From: a virus
Lineage: Duplodnaviria > Caudoviricetes
IMG/VR virus record: IMGVR_UViG_3300003320_000853
DNA length: 64,000 bases
Direction: 5' to 3' (one strand)
The position numbers and the translations under genes are program-made. Shown piece after piece: positions 18,596 through 27,840 of the stretch (position 1 is its first letter; each line of letters opens with the position of its first letter). The notes under the pieces are model-generated. The model was not told where the DNA came from and did no database searches. It saw nothing but the letters and a program-made list of their open reading frames with translations.

Positions 18596-18853
18596 ATGGC
18601 TACAACACTTGTCGATCGAGTTGTCCGTCGATTTCTTCAGGGGAATACGTCGAAGGTCAGTCGTATGACCCTCCCCCAGGTCTACAACAACCTGAAGATC
18701 ATCTACGACTACGAAGAGGGCAAGACCAAATCTCGGCCGGGGGCTGAGCAACTCGTCAACGACGCCATCAAGCGTCTGGAAGATGAGGGGATCGACGTCT
18801 CGGGAGCCCTTCGGACCATGACCAAGGGGCCTCGGGGATGGATCGACATGTGA
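18596..18853 (+). CDS. Putative internal virion protein with RVVRRF tag
   Basis: MATTLVDRVVRRFLQG. Confidence 0.6.
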   Translation: MATTLVDRVVRRFLQGNTSKVSRMTLPQVYNNLKIIYDYEEGKTKSRPGAEQLVNDAIKRLEDEGIDVSGALRTMTKGPRGWIDM

Positions 18854-19191
18854 ATCTCGCCGACCGCGTCCTCCACAGGTACAAAAGCGCGGCGAACAAG
18901 GCGCTCACGGATGCGGAGTATCAAAAGACCGCCACCGACGTGCTCGCGGCGATCAAGCGGATCGGAGAGGACACCAGTACGGTTCGGGAGGGTGTCGTCA
19001 ACATGGCGCTCACGCTCAAAGATCGAGGTCACTTCCGTGATGCCTCGACTTTGATGGAGATGGCTCCGGACATGAGCGGCGTGCCCGAGCATCTATCGGC
19101 CATGGTCGAGCGTCTCAAGAAGGTCCCCGCCGACATGCGCAAGTCCCCGAAGCCCGGGCCGAAACCGAACCCCTGGACGAAGCCCCTCTAG
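18850..19191 (+). CDS. Putative internal virion protein with RVLHRY tag
   Basis: GTGA overlap with the upstream stop; VNLADRVLHRYKSAA. Confidence 0.6.
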   Translation: MNLADRVLHRYKSAANKALTDAEYQKTATDVLAAIKRIGEDTSTVREGVVNMALTLKDRGHFRDASTLMEMAPDMSGVPEHLSAMVERLKKVPADMRKSPKPGPKPNPWTKPL

Positions 19192-19195
19192 CGCC

Positions 19196-20017
19196 GTGAT
19201 TCAGCCTCTCGTGAGTCGACCTCCCTACGGACAAGGGCATCCCGCCATGCCCACAGGAGAGGCCAAGCTCCCTTCCGGAGACCCGGCGAAGCGGGGCCTT
19301 CCGCTCGACAATTCTATCCCCGGCGACTCGACGTACAACAAGCCGGAGCAGGATGAGCGGAACCCGGACAAGGGGCATGACGAGTCCATCTACCGGGTCG
19401 ACGACGCGGACGATCTACAGAAGACCGATCAGGGGGGCAAGGACAACCGGGAGGAGAATTCGGACAAGCATGACGGGCTCGGTTGGAGCGGCGGTGGGAA
19501 GCAAGATGCTTCCCCGAAAACGCCCTACCCCTATCGGGACGGCGTTCCCAACGCCCACAACGCCGCGCATGTGGTGGGACTCTTCCTCCTCGCGTCCTCG
19601 CCCGAACGGATCCTGACGGCGGCTCGGATTGGGGAGATCGAGAAGAACCTATCGAAGATCACCCAGGATCGGGCCCGTCGGTGCAAGGTCACCCTGAAGC
19701 GAGCCGACATCGGCAACCTCCGATGGATCTTCGCGGTGGACAGTGGGAGCGGCCCGAAGCTCGTCCGACTCAAGGCGGCGCGGCCGAGCCGGGTGGTCAA
19801 GCTGACGAAGATGGACCTCCGGTTCTCCTGCTCTTGTCCTGCATGGCGTTGGCAGGGCCCCGAATTCCACGCGAAGCAAGACGGCTTTCTCGATGGTTCG
19901 CCTCGCGGGACGGCATCTACGCCAGACATCACCGACCCGGGACGCGAGAACCGGGTCTGCAAGCACGTCGCCGCAGTTCTCGACTTCGTTCGCGGGTGGG
20001 AAGTACCCGCGGCATGA
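19196..20017 (+). CDS. SWIM zinc-finger protein
   Basis: FSCSCPAWRWQG...RVCKHVAAVL (CxC...CxH). Confidence 0.7.
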   Translation: MIQPLVSRPPYGQGHPAMPTGEAKLPSGDPAKRGLPLDNSIPGDSTYNKPEQDERNPDKGHDESIYRVDDADDLQKTDQGGKDNREENSDKHDGLGWSGGGKQDASPKTPYPYRDGVPNAHNAAHVVGLFLLASSPERILTAARIGEIEKNLSKITQDRARRCKVTLKRADIGNLRWIFAVDSGSGPKLVRLKAARPSRVVKLTKMDLRFSCSCPAWRWQGPEFHAKQDGFLDGSPRGTASTPDITDPGRENRVCKHVAAVLDFVRGWEVPAA

Positions 20018-20036
20018 CATAGGAGATCGAATTCAA

Positions 20037-20447
20037 ATGCCTACGTACACGACCCTTTGCCAGGGATGCCAAACCGAGAGCACCGTTCGTCTTTCTTTCG
20101 CCGACTACGACAGCGTGAGGCTCGGCGCGAAGATCCTCGAATGCGGCACGTGCCAGGCGGGCGTCAAGATCGTCTTCAATCCTGGGGACATCAACTTCGT
20201 CCTCAAGGATGGGGAGAGCGGCGGGTGGGCCGGCAAGGCCATCAAGGAGAACAAGCTCCGCGCTCGCCGGAGGGAGATCCTCGCGAAGAGGGAGCGCGAC
20301 CACGTGTTCAAGAACAAGCTCCAACCCAACGTCGCGGGGATGGAGACCGGCACGTGGAAGGAGGCTCAGGCGTTCGTCAAGTCGGAGGTCGGAGAGGCGG
20401 CGGCGAAGACGTATGAACCCCTTGTGGCCCAGGAGAAGACAGGATGA
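20037..20447 (+). CDS. FmdB-like Zn-ribbon protein
   Basis: MPTYTTLCQGC...ECGTC...FVLK...GW; AGGAG RBS. Confidence 0.7.
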   Translation: MPTYTTLCQGCQTESTVRLSFADYDSVRLGAKILECGTCQAGVKIVFNPGDINFVLKDGESGGWAGKAIKENKLRARRREILAKRERDHVFKNKLQPNVAGMETGTWKEAQAFVKSEVGEAAAKTYEPLVAQEKTG

Positions 20448-21085
20448 AGCGCACGTTCTCCGTCATTCGTCGGCGGCCACACCTGGTCGATGTGATCATG
20501 CCCCTCACCTCTGGGGTGCAGACCTATCGGCTCAAGTGGGCGGCCAACTTCGACGCCGGGAGCTACACGCAATTCCTCGACTCGGGGAACCAGGGGTACC
20601 TCGATCCCTCGATCGACCCTGGGGTTGTGGGTGCGCAGCCGACATCTTCCCGCCAGGTGCGGGTCGTCTTCGATCCCACGACCTTCAGCATTCCGGACAC
20701 GTCGCCGTTTTGGCTCCAATTCTGGACGGTTCCGTTCGGTGGGAGCGAGGCGCAGCAATCGGCCGGCGGCCTCATCCTTCCCGATTCCGACAACCACGGC
20801 ACGGGGATCATCACGATCCATGGCAACGCGCCGAACGCGGCGAGCGTGGCGGGTTCCCTCCAGATCGATCTCCCTCGGATGATGCAGGACATCCGGGTCC
20901 ACAACGAAGACAGCACGAATTCTCTCTTCGTCGCCACGGACGAGGGGGGAGCTGAGTCCAAACTCCCCCCCGACACATTCCCGCAGTTCGCGAATCTCCA
21001 GGGCACGCACGCGAGTCTGTGGGTTCGGGGGGGTGGGGGAGCCGTTGCCTTCTCGGCGACCTTTACGCAGTCGTTCCCTCGGTAG
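20444..21085 (+). CDS. Putative virion structural protein (beta-rich)
   Basis: ATGA overlap; beta-strand-rich composition. Confidence 0.6.
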   Translation: MKRTFSVIRRRPHLVDVIMPLTSGVQTYRLKWAANFDAGSYTQFLDSGNQGYLDPSIDPGVVGAQPTSSRQVRVVFDPTTFSIPDTSPFWLQFWTVPFGGSEAQQSAGGLILPDSDNHGTGIITIHGNAPNAASVAGSLQIDLPRMMQDIRVHNEDSTNSLFVATDEGGAESKLPPDTFPQFANLQGTHASLWVRGGGGAVAFSATFTQSFPR

Positions 21086-21096
21086 CTCTTTTATCG
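21083..21096 (+). promoter_or_regulatory. Putative late-promoter motif
   Basis: TAGCTCTTTTATCG. Confidence 0.55.
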
Positions 21097-21121
21097 CCAT
21101 GGAGAGCCAGGAGCCCATCGC

Positions 21122-22084
21122 ATGCTTCGTCTCATTCACAATCAGACGGTTCTCGGAGCCATCCTCGTCGACGACATCGACGACGGATTGCCCAACAAGC
21201 AGGTTCACCGTCTCGGGAGCACGGCCGACCCGAAGGCATACAAGCGGGACGGCTATGCGAACGAGCCGAAACAGCCCTGCTACGTGCCCTACACGGTCAT
21301 CGGGAACGCTGCCGTGGCGGGGTACATCGACCTCAACGAGACGCAACGCGTGCTCCTCTCCGAGGGGAAGGGGAAAATCTCGAAGCTCGTCCAGGCTGGG
21401 CTTCTCTCGAAGCTCAACTTCGCGGCGGGTGCGACCGCTGCCCCTGCCATCACGAACGCTCAGTCCAACACCCCGAGCTTGGGGGCGGTTACCCTCACGG
21501 GCACCGGCTTCACCTCGACGTCGCCGAACGTCTCTTCGGTGAAGCTCACGGGCACGGGGGCGGTGACTCTCACGCAATCCCAGATCACGGGGGCTGGCGG
21601 AACGTTCTCGTCGACGTCGATCGTCATCCCGTCCTCGCTCATCCCGAATGTCGTGGCGGCGACCGGCACGATCACGGCGGTGTCCGGAGCGAACCTCAAC
21701 GATGGGGAGACGTTCACCCTCAATGACGGGGTGAACTCCGCGACGGTCTTCGAGTTCGACTCTGGCGGCGGTGTCACCGGCGGCCACGTCGCGGTGCCTT
21801 TCACCAGCGGGGACTCTGCGGCGACTGTCGCAGCCTCGATCATCACGGCGATCAACGGGGTTGCTGGGAGTCTTGCCATCACGGCTTCCCCGGGGACCGG
21901 AGCCGTGGTCAACCTCACGAACGACGCGCTCGGCTCGGCTGGCGACCACGCGATCACGAAGACGGTCGCGAACTCCGGCTTCATCGTCACGGGCATGTCC
22001 GGTGGTGGGGGCGCCGTGGCGACGGCGACGAGTGCTCAGGTCATCGCCAACGCTCAGACCTCGAACGTCTTCGCCTTGGTCTGA
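21122..22084 (+). CDS. Virion decoration/fibre protein with an IPT/Ig-like domain and an inserted module shared with the tail sheath
   Basis: AGGAG RBS; PAITN...VTLTGTGF Ig-like motif; T/G/A-rich. Confidence 0.65.
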   Translation: MLRLIHNQTVLGAILVDDIDDGLPNKQVHRLGSTADPKAYKRDGYANEPKQPCYVPYTVIGNAAVAGYIDLNETQRVLLSEGKGKISKLVQAGLLSKLNFAAGATAAPAITNAQSNTPSLGAVTLTGTGFTSTSPNVSSVKLTGTGAVTLTQSQITGAGGTFSSTSIVIPSSLIPNVVAATGTITAVSGANLNDGETFTLNDGVNSATVFEFDSGGGVTGGHVAVPFTSGDSAATVAASIITAINGVAGSLAITASPGTGAVVNLTNDALGSAGDHAITKTVANSGFIVTGMSGGGGAVATATSAQVIANAQTSNVFALV

Positions 22085-22091
22085 TCGTGAC

Positions 22092-22469
22092 GTGCGTTAC
22101 CGGCTCCTCCGCTGGATCCTCGATCAGGAAGGGACGTCCTTCCAGCGGGTCGACCGTCGCTGGCGACCAACGGATCTCCTCTACCTGCAACAGGTGCGAG
22201 CCCTGCTCAAGGACATCCAGAACCGCTACGACGCCCTCGCGGCAGCCGAGGAGGAGCTTCGGACGCTCGATCGTGCAGACCTCTACATTCGGGCGCTTCG
22301 ACAGATGCGTGTCTACGCCCGGGCAGCGGCCTTCACATGGAAGGCCGACCAGCTCTCGTTCATCCGGTCGGTTTCCGGTTTCTACGAGAACTACGGCACT
22401 GTCCTCCGTCTCCTCAAGATCGACGAGGCGCGAGGACGGTTCACCGTCGAGACGACAGCCTTGGGGTAG
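22092..22469 (+). CDS. Hypothetical protein (125 aa)
   Basis: GTG start filling the gap between two structural genes; codon bias. Confidence 0.5.
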   Translation: MRYRLLRWILDQEGTSFQRVDRRWRPTDLLYLQQVRALLKDIQNRYDALAAAEEELRTLDRADLYIRALRQMRVYARAAAFTWKADQLSFIRSVSGFYENYGTVLRLLKIDEARGRFTVETTALG

Positions 22470-22492
22470 TGACCCCAGATCAGGAGCCTGAG

Positions 22493-23596
22493 ATGCGTGT
22501 TGGAGTCATTCGTGGGGATCTCCCCGGGCCGGTCTTTCTCGGAGACCTCGAACCGACCTCGCAGCTCGACTTCTCGATCGAGCAGGTGGGGCAGACGCGG
22601 TACGTCTCGTACCCGAACCTGACGGCGTTCGGAACCGTGCTGGCGACAATCCCGGCAACCATCGCCTCGACGGGAGCCATCACGTTCCCGCTCACGGTGA
22701 GCGGCTCGAACGACACGCTCAGGCTTCGTGCGGCGGCGTCGGGTGCGTTCACCGTGGCGACCATCGCCCACGCGTCTTACTCGACCCTCACGACGCTCCT
22801 CGCGGCCGTGAACGCGGCCCTGGCGACCGCGGGTCTCGCGATCACCGCTCAGGCGGCCACCACGGCGAACGAGATGGCCTTCGCGACGACGGCCTCTTTC
22901 GGGCCCGGTGCGGCGATCAGCCTCGACACGAACGGCAACGGTTCGAACGCGGATGCGAGCCTCGGGTTCTCGACGAGCGGTGCCACGTTCACGATGCCGG
23001 CGGCGGCGACCATCCTGAACGCGTTGCTCCCGGTGGGCGGCCCGCTCGACGTTTCTCAGGCCACGATCTTCACGAACGTTGGCGCCGGCCTCACGACGGC
23101 CCAGGTGAAGAAGGTCGCCGACGCCATCGCGCCGCAGTTCGTCGAGAGCAACGTGGCGATCCAGAGCTTCAAGGCGGGCAACCTCCACGGCCTGCTTTCG
23201 TCGAGCTTCAACCCCGATCCGAACCGGCGTCCGGCTCTCAACTCGGGGGCGGCGATCACCGTCGTGCAGGACGACGGGCACACGGTCTTCTCGGTCGGTC
23301 TGCCCCACATCTCGTCGGCGGCCAGCAACACCCCGAACGCGGGCGATGTGACCATCACGGGCACCGATCTCGGCAACACCGAGCAGGATCTCGACACGAT
23401 CAAATTCACGGGTGCCGTCGCGAAGTCGATCAGCCAGAAGCTCCTGACGCACACGAACACCGGGGGCACCCAGGGTTCGGTCTCGGCGACCTCGATCGTC
23501 ATCCCGGCCTCGCTCATTCCGGGCGCGGTGGCGGCGACTTCCAGCGTCCAGGTGAAGTACGGCTCGTTCGCCTCGAACGTCGTCGCGCTCTCCTGA
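22493..23596 (+). CDS. Virion structural protein with C-terminal IPT/Ig-like domain (related to 21122)
   Basis: AGGAG RBS; SNTPNAGDVTITGT...TSIVIPASLIP matches 21122. Confidence 0.65.
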   Translation: MRVGVIRGDLPGPVFLGDLEPTSQLDFSIEQVGQTRYVSYPNLTAFGTVLATIPATIASTGAITFPLTVSGSNDTLRLRAAASGAFTVATIAHASYSTLTTLLAAVNAALATAGLAITAQAATTANEMAFATTASFGPGAAISLDTNGNGSNADASLGFSTSGATFTMPAAATILNALLPVGGPLDVSQATIFTNVGAGLTTAQVKKVADAIAPQFVESNVAIQSFKAGNLHGLLSSSFNPDPNRRPALNSGAAITVVQDDGHTVFSVGLPHISSAASNTPNAGDVTITGTDLGNTEQDLDTIKFTGAVAKSISQKLLTHTNTGGTQGSVSATSIVIPASLIPGAVAATSSVQVKYGSFASNVVALS

Positions 23597-23624
23597 CCGA
23601 TTCACACATGAGATGAGGATGACA

Positions 23625-23879
23625 ATGCCAGTGCAGAATGGGATCTCCCCGGAGTTCAAAACGAGCGACCTCTACTTCGCCGCATACCTCAAGACGGCGG
23701 GCGCTTCCATGAAGCGCACGGAGCGATCCGAGGGGGGCAAGGTGATGTTCGTGTTCGACACGAGCATCGTGAACATCGAGGAGTTGACTCAGGGGTGGGT
23801 CAACGATACCGGCAAGGTGTCGGCCAACTCCTTCTCGTTCAACATCAAGTCGTTGAAATCGGTCTGTCATATGAAATAG
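23625..23879 (+). CDS. DUF5659-like small protein
   Basis: FKTSDLYFAAYLKTAG...KVMFVF...IKSLKS. Confidence 0.7.
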   Translation: MPVQNGISPEFKTSDLYFAAYLKTAGASMKRTERSEGGKVMFVFDTSIVNIEELTQGWVNDTGKVSANSFSFNIKSLKSVCHMK

Positions 23880-23882
23880 TTT

Positions 23883-23889
23883 TGGTGTA
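23883..23889 (+). promoter_or_regulatory. Early-type leaderless promoter TGGTGTA
   Basis: TA 13 nt before ATG 23901. Confidence 0.55.
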
Positions 23890-23900
23890 GGCGCTGTCAT

Positions 23901-24425
23901 ATGAAGCGCTGCTCCAAGTGCGGGATTGACAAGGACGAGAAGACCGGCTTCCACATGGATTCCCGCACTGGGAAACCTCGTGGGTGGTGCAAGGTCTGCA
24001 TCAACGCTGACAACATTGCCCGAGCGGCGGCGAATCCTGAGAAGAACAACGCTCGCTCGAAGGCATGGCGTGATGCCAATCCGGAACGGTTCTCGGCTCG
24101 TACAAAAAAGTGGCGGGACGAGAACCCCGAGCGTCTCCGGCAGACCATCTACCGGAACAAATACCACGTCGATCGCGAAGCGCTCTGGAAGGCTCAGGAG
24201 GGCAAGTGCGCCCTCTGCGGGGACGAGATGCTTCCGACTGGCCGTGAGAAGTCTTCGGCTGTGGTCGACCACGACCGGACTTGCTGTCCTGGATCTGGAT
24301 CTTGCGGGAAGTGCGTTCGGGGTCTGATCCACTGGGGGTGCAACTTGATGCTCGGCTACGCCAAGGACGACCCGAGGATCCTCCGATGCGCGGCCGAGTA
24401 CGTGGAGAGGAGCGTGCAACCGTGA
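23901..24425 (+). CDS. Endonuclease VII-family (His-Me finger) nuclease, probable free-standing homing endonuclease
   Basis: N-terminal CxxC...CxxC; AQEGKCALC...VDHDRTCC...VRGLIHWGCNLMLGYAKDD. Confidence 0.85.
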   Translation: MKRCSKCGIDKDEKTGFHMDSRTGKPRGWCKVCINADNIARAAANPEKNNARSKAWRDANPERFSARTKKWRDENPERLRQTIYRNKYHVDREALWKAQEGKCALCGDEMLPTGREKSSAVVDHDRTCCPGSGSCGKCVRGLIHWGCNLMLGYAKDDPRILRCAAEYVERSVQP

Positions 24426-24799
24426 TCCTCAAGCAACGCCTCGTCCCCAACAACCAAACACTCTTCGATCTGGTCGACATCTTCCAGAACGATGGCATCA
24501 CTCGGGTGACGGGGCTGCCGCCCTTGCAGGCACAGGTATTCCTGAACAACGTCTCCCAGCCCTGGGGAACGGTCTCGGGTGCGATGGTTTCGGACGCCCA
24601 AGTGGTCTCCGGAACCATCTACTGGAACGAGGTCGCGCCCGGTGCGGGTCTCTACGGCGTCCGATGGCGACCGAATGCCGTTGGGTTCTGGAGGCTGGCT
24701 TTCACTTATACGCCAGTTCCGCAAAACGTCACGCTCGACTACGATGTGATCGCGAGCGCCCCCTCTTCTGGGGGATTGCAATTTTCATTTATCTCTTAG
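24422..24799 (+). CDS. Putative virion protein, Ig-like
   Basis: GTGA overlap; GLYGVRWRPNAVGFWRL beta pattern. Confidence 0.55.
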   Translation: MILKQRLVPNNQTLFDLVDIFQNDGITRVTGLPPLQAQVFLNNVSQPWGTVSGAMVSDAQVVSGTIYWNEVAPGAGLYGVRWRPNAVGFWRLAFTYTPVPQNVTLDYDVIASAPSSGGLQFSFIS

Positions 24800-24818
24800 G
24801 TGCATCGACGGACGTTCG

Positions 24819-25202
24819 ATGCCCAAGAGCACCTATCAAGCCACCAATGTGTTGGAAGCGACGCTGAGGCAGGTGCCTTTCGTTGCACCGTCCGCGATCT
24901 TTGTGGCGCTCTACACGGGTGCCCCGGGAATCTCTGGAGGGGGTACCGAGGTCTCGGGTGTGAATTACGCCCGACAACAGGTTGTCTTCGTTCCGTCGTC
25001 GGGGGGTCAGACGACGAACGAATTCGATGTTCTTTTCCCGATCGCCTCGACGGATTGGGGGGTCGTGGTGGCCTACGGCCTCTTGGACGCCATTACCAGT
25101 GGGAATCTCTTGTACTTCTCCAACCTGAGCAACCCCAGGACCATACTCACCAATGATCAACTCAAGTTCACAGCAGGGCAAATTGCTGTGGTTGAGTCGT
25201 AG
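24819..25202 (+). CDS. Tail fibre-associated small protein
   Basis: IFVALYTGAPG...EVSGVNYARQ...GNLLY pattern common to phage fibre-associated proteins. Confidence 0.7.
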   Translation: MPKSTYQATNVLEATLRQVPFVAPSAIFVALYTGAPGISGGGTEVSGVNYARQQVVFVPSSGGQTTNEFDVLFPIASTDWGVVVAYGLLDAITSGNLLYFSNLSNPRTILTNDQLKFTAGQIAVVES

Positions 25203-25210
25203 GAGTCCCC

Positions 25211-25597
25211 ATGGCTGGCAAGAAGCAGGCGTTGGAAGTTCAGATCCTCAACGCGATCCTCCGGAACACCACGTACACGAGCCCCACGACGGTCTACGCC
25301 GGGCTCTTCACCACGGCGCCCACGGACACGACAGCCGGAACCGAGTGTTCGGACTCGGGGTACGCTCGGCTGGCGGTGACCTTCGGCGCGCCGAGCGGGT
25401 CGCCCTCTCAGACGGCCAACACCAACCAGCTCGACTTCGGGATCGCGGTCGCGTCTTACACCGTGGTGGCGTTCGCCATCTTCGACGCGGTGTCGTCCGG
25501 GAACCAGCTCTACTGGAACACGGTCACCAACAAGACGATCGCCATCGGGGACCGTTACCAGGTGCCGATCGGCAACCTGACGATCTCCGAGGACTGA
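25211..25597 (+). CDS. Tail fibre-associated small protein (tandem paralog of 24819)
   Basis: VYAGLFTTAP...ECSDSGYARL...GNQLY. Confidence 0.7.
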   Translation: MAGKKQALEVQILNAILRNTTYTSPTTVYAGLFTTAPTDTTAGTECSDSGYARLAVTFGAPSGSPSQTANTNQLDFGIAVASYTVVAFAIFDAVSSGNQLYWNTVTNKTIAIGDRYQVPIGNLTISED

Positions 25598-25602
25598 TCG
25601 GC

Positions 25603-25950
25603 ATGCCCTTCGCCAACAAGGTCAAGGAAACCACGACCACGACGGGTACGGGGACGATCACGCTCAACGGCGCCGTCTCCGATGCCAGGTCGTTCGGGTC
25701 CGTCTTCCCGGACGGGACGACGATCACGTTTCAGATCGATGACGGCGCGGGGAACTGGGAGATTTCCACTGGGAGCATCGGGGGGAGCGGAACAACCCTG
25801 ACGAGAGACATCGTCGAGGACTCCAGCAATTCCGGGGCGTTGGTCAGCTTCGGTTCTGGGGGCAAGGTCGTTTTTCTACCTTTGTCCGCAGGGAAGGTGA
25901 TCGAGAGCGGATCCGCTCTCGCGATGTCTCTGGGCATGAACCTTCCGTGA
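25603..25950 (+). CDS. Tail-fibre N-terminal-type domain protein
   Basis: ANKVKETTTTTGTGTITL...WEISTG...TLTRD...SSNSGALVSF...KVVF. Confidence 0.7.
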   Translation: MPFANKVKETTTTTGTGTITLNGAVSDARSFGSVFPDGTTITFQIDDGAGNWEISTGSIGGSGTTLTRDIVEDSSNSGALVSFGSGGKVVFLPLSAGKVIESGSALAMSLGMNLP

Positions 25951-25960
25951 GGAGGCTAAA

Positions 25961-26185
25961 ATGATCGCTGGCACAGTGTCTGGTTACTGGTGGTACCTGA
26001 CGGCCTTCGGTATCGTGATGAGCGGGTCGCAGATCGACAACGACCTCTACCAGCTCGTCGCTGGTGGCGAGGCGAATGCCTCGGTCACCCTGGGCATCCA
26101 GGACGCGAAGGCGACGAACCCCGCCCTCAAGTCGTTCGCCGACTATCAGACGGCCATCACGGCTCTCGCCATCCCGTCCTCCTGA
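25961..26185 (+). CDS. Hypothetical protein (74 aa)
   Basis: GAGGAGG RBS. Confidence 0.6.
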   Translation: MIAGTVSGYWWYLTAFGIVMSGSQIDNDLYQLVAGGEANASVTLGIQDAKATNPALKSFADYQTAITALAIPSS

Positions 26186-26233
26186 ACTCCGAGCATGGGC
26201 TCGGCACGGGTCGAGCCCGAGGCCACATAGCCC

Positions 26234-26641
26234 ATGACCGCGAACACCTCCCCCATCTACACGAAGACCCCGAACCACGGGTTCGGGGTCGTTGCTACCG
26301 CCAACACGGCGATGGACGGGACCGGGACCGTCGTGACGGTCTTCACGGCCGGCGCGTCGGGTTCCTACGTCAGTGAGATCGTGTTCAAGTTCGCTGGGAG
26401 CTCGGTCGCGACCGTTGCCCGCATCTTCGAGAACAACGGATCCTCTACCAGCGTTGCGGCGAACAACTCGCTCGTCATGGAGCAACAGCTACCCAACGTC
26501 ACCGCCAGCAACAGCACGCCGCAGCCGGACATCGTCGTGCCGGTGAACCGGACCCTTCCTGCGGGATACAAGTTGACCGTAGCCATTGGCACCACGGTGG
26601 CGTCAAACATCGCCATCACGGTTCTCGGAGGCGACTACTGA
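26234..26641 (+). CDS. Putative fibre/structural protein
   Basis: ANTSPIY...ANTAMDGTGTVVTVFTAGASGS...VARIF...GGDY. Confidence 0.65.
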   Translation: MTANTSPIYTKTPNHGFGVVATANTAMDGTGTVVTVFTAGASGSYVSEIVFKFAGSSVATVARIFENNGSSTSVAANNSLVMEQQLPNVTASNSTPQPDIVVPVNRTLPAGYKLTVAIGTTVASNIAITVLGGDY

Positions 26642-26940
26642 TGAAATACTACCGCCTCGAAGTGAAGGAATTCGCTCCGTACGCGAAGCGTCTCCCGCAT
26701 CCGGATCGTCCTCCGAAGCTGGTCCCCTCGACGGCGGATCGGCCCGGTCACCACGTGTACGAGGGGGAAATGCTGAACGACCCCATCCGTACGTTCTACG
26801 TCCTCCAGGAGATCGACTCCCGGGGAGCTCTCTGTCGGCACTGCGACCCAGACACGGGGGCGACGGTCGATCTCCCGAAGATCCACGAGGCGCAAGTCAT
26901 CGACGACGATCATCCTACGCCTCCATGGGCAGCTCGATAG
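26641..26940 (+). CDS. Hypothetical protein, possible fibre assembly chaperone
   Basis: TGATG coupling within the fibre cluster. Confidence 0.5.
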   Translation: MKYYRLEVKEFAPYAKRLPHPDRPPKLVPSTADRPGHHVYEGEMLNDPIRTFYVLQEIDSRGALCRHCDPDTGATVDLPKIHEAQVIDDDHPTPPWAAR

Positions 26941-26943
26941 CCC

Positions 26944-27831
26944 ATGTTGGACCACCTGGCATGGCCTGATCGGAACGTCCTCAAGCGCACGTTCTTTTCT
27001 CCTGCGGGGTCGGGGAATCGCCACTGGCACAAGCAACGTGGTGCCAGGCTCTGTTATATCGAGATCGTGGGCGGTGCCGGGGGTGGTGGGGGCGGCTTCA
27101 CCCGGGCGGTTAGTGCTCAAGGTGGCGGTGGTGGTGGCGGCGGTGTCTCCGGAATCGCTCGCCTTATCATCCCTGCGCAATTCCTCCCGGATGTTCTTTG
27201 GATCATCCCGGGATTTGGGGGCGCGGGGTCTACCGGGAGCGGTGTTGCTGGAACGGCGGGTACAGCGTCGACCATCTTCGCCTACGAAGGCTATACCCAG
27301 ATCATGTCAGTCGCTGGCGGCGGCGGCGGCGGAGCTGGGACCGGCAGTGCTGCCGGCGGCGCGGGAGCGGCTGGAACCACACCCTCCAACGGGTCGAACT
27401 TCCTGCCGTACCAAACCGCGTCGACCTTTCTGGCGGGCGTCGCTGGGGTTGCAGGATCTGCCTCCGGCACAGGTCTGAACTCGTCCTTTACGCCCTTCTC
27501 TGGGGGAGCCGGTGGGGCCGGGGTCAACTCCAGCAACACGGTGGCGACCGGGGGCAATGTCTTCGTGAACGCCCTCACGAGCTGGCCTCCCACCTTGGGG
27601 GGTGCGGGGGGTGCTTCTGGCGGGACAGCGGGGGATGGTGGCCAGACGATCATTCGGAGGATGATCCTCGGGACGGGCGGGGGTGGAGGGGGTAGCTCGG
27701 GGACATCTGGAACGGGTGGCGCGGGCGGTCCTGGGGGCATTGCTTGCGGCGGCGGCGGTGGAGGAGCAGGCGTGACCGGAGGTCCGGGCGGTAGGGGTGG
27801 GAACGGGTACGTACTGATCATTGAATTCTAA
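26944..27831 (+). CDS. Glycine-rich tail fibre-like protein
   Basis: IEIVGGAGGGGGG...GGGGGG...GGNGYVLIIEF, a typical Gly-rich phage domain. Confidence 0.75.
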   Translation: MLDHLAWPDRNVLKRTFFSPAGSGNRHWHKQRGARLCYIEIVGGAGGGGGGFTRAVSAQGGGGGGGGVSGIARLIIPAQFLPDVLWIIPGFGGAGSTGSGVAGTAGTASTIFAYEGYTQIMSVAGGGGGGAGTGSAAGGAGAAGTTPSNGSNFLPYQTASTFLAGVAGVAGSASGTGLNSSFTPFSGGAGGAGVNSSNTVATGGNVFVNALTSWPPTLGGAGGASGGTAGDGGQTIIRRMILGTGGGGGGSSGTSGTGGAGGPGGIACGGGGGGAGVTGGPGGRGGNGYVLIIEF

Positions 27832-27840
27832 GGGGTAGGC

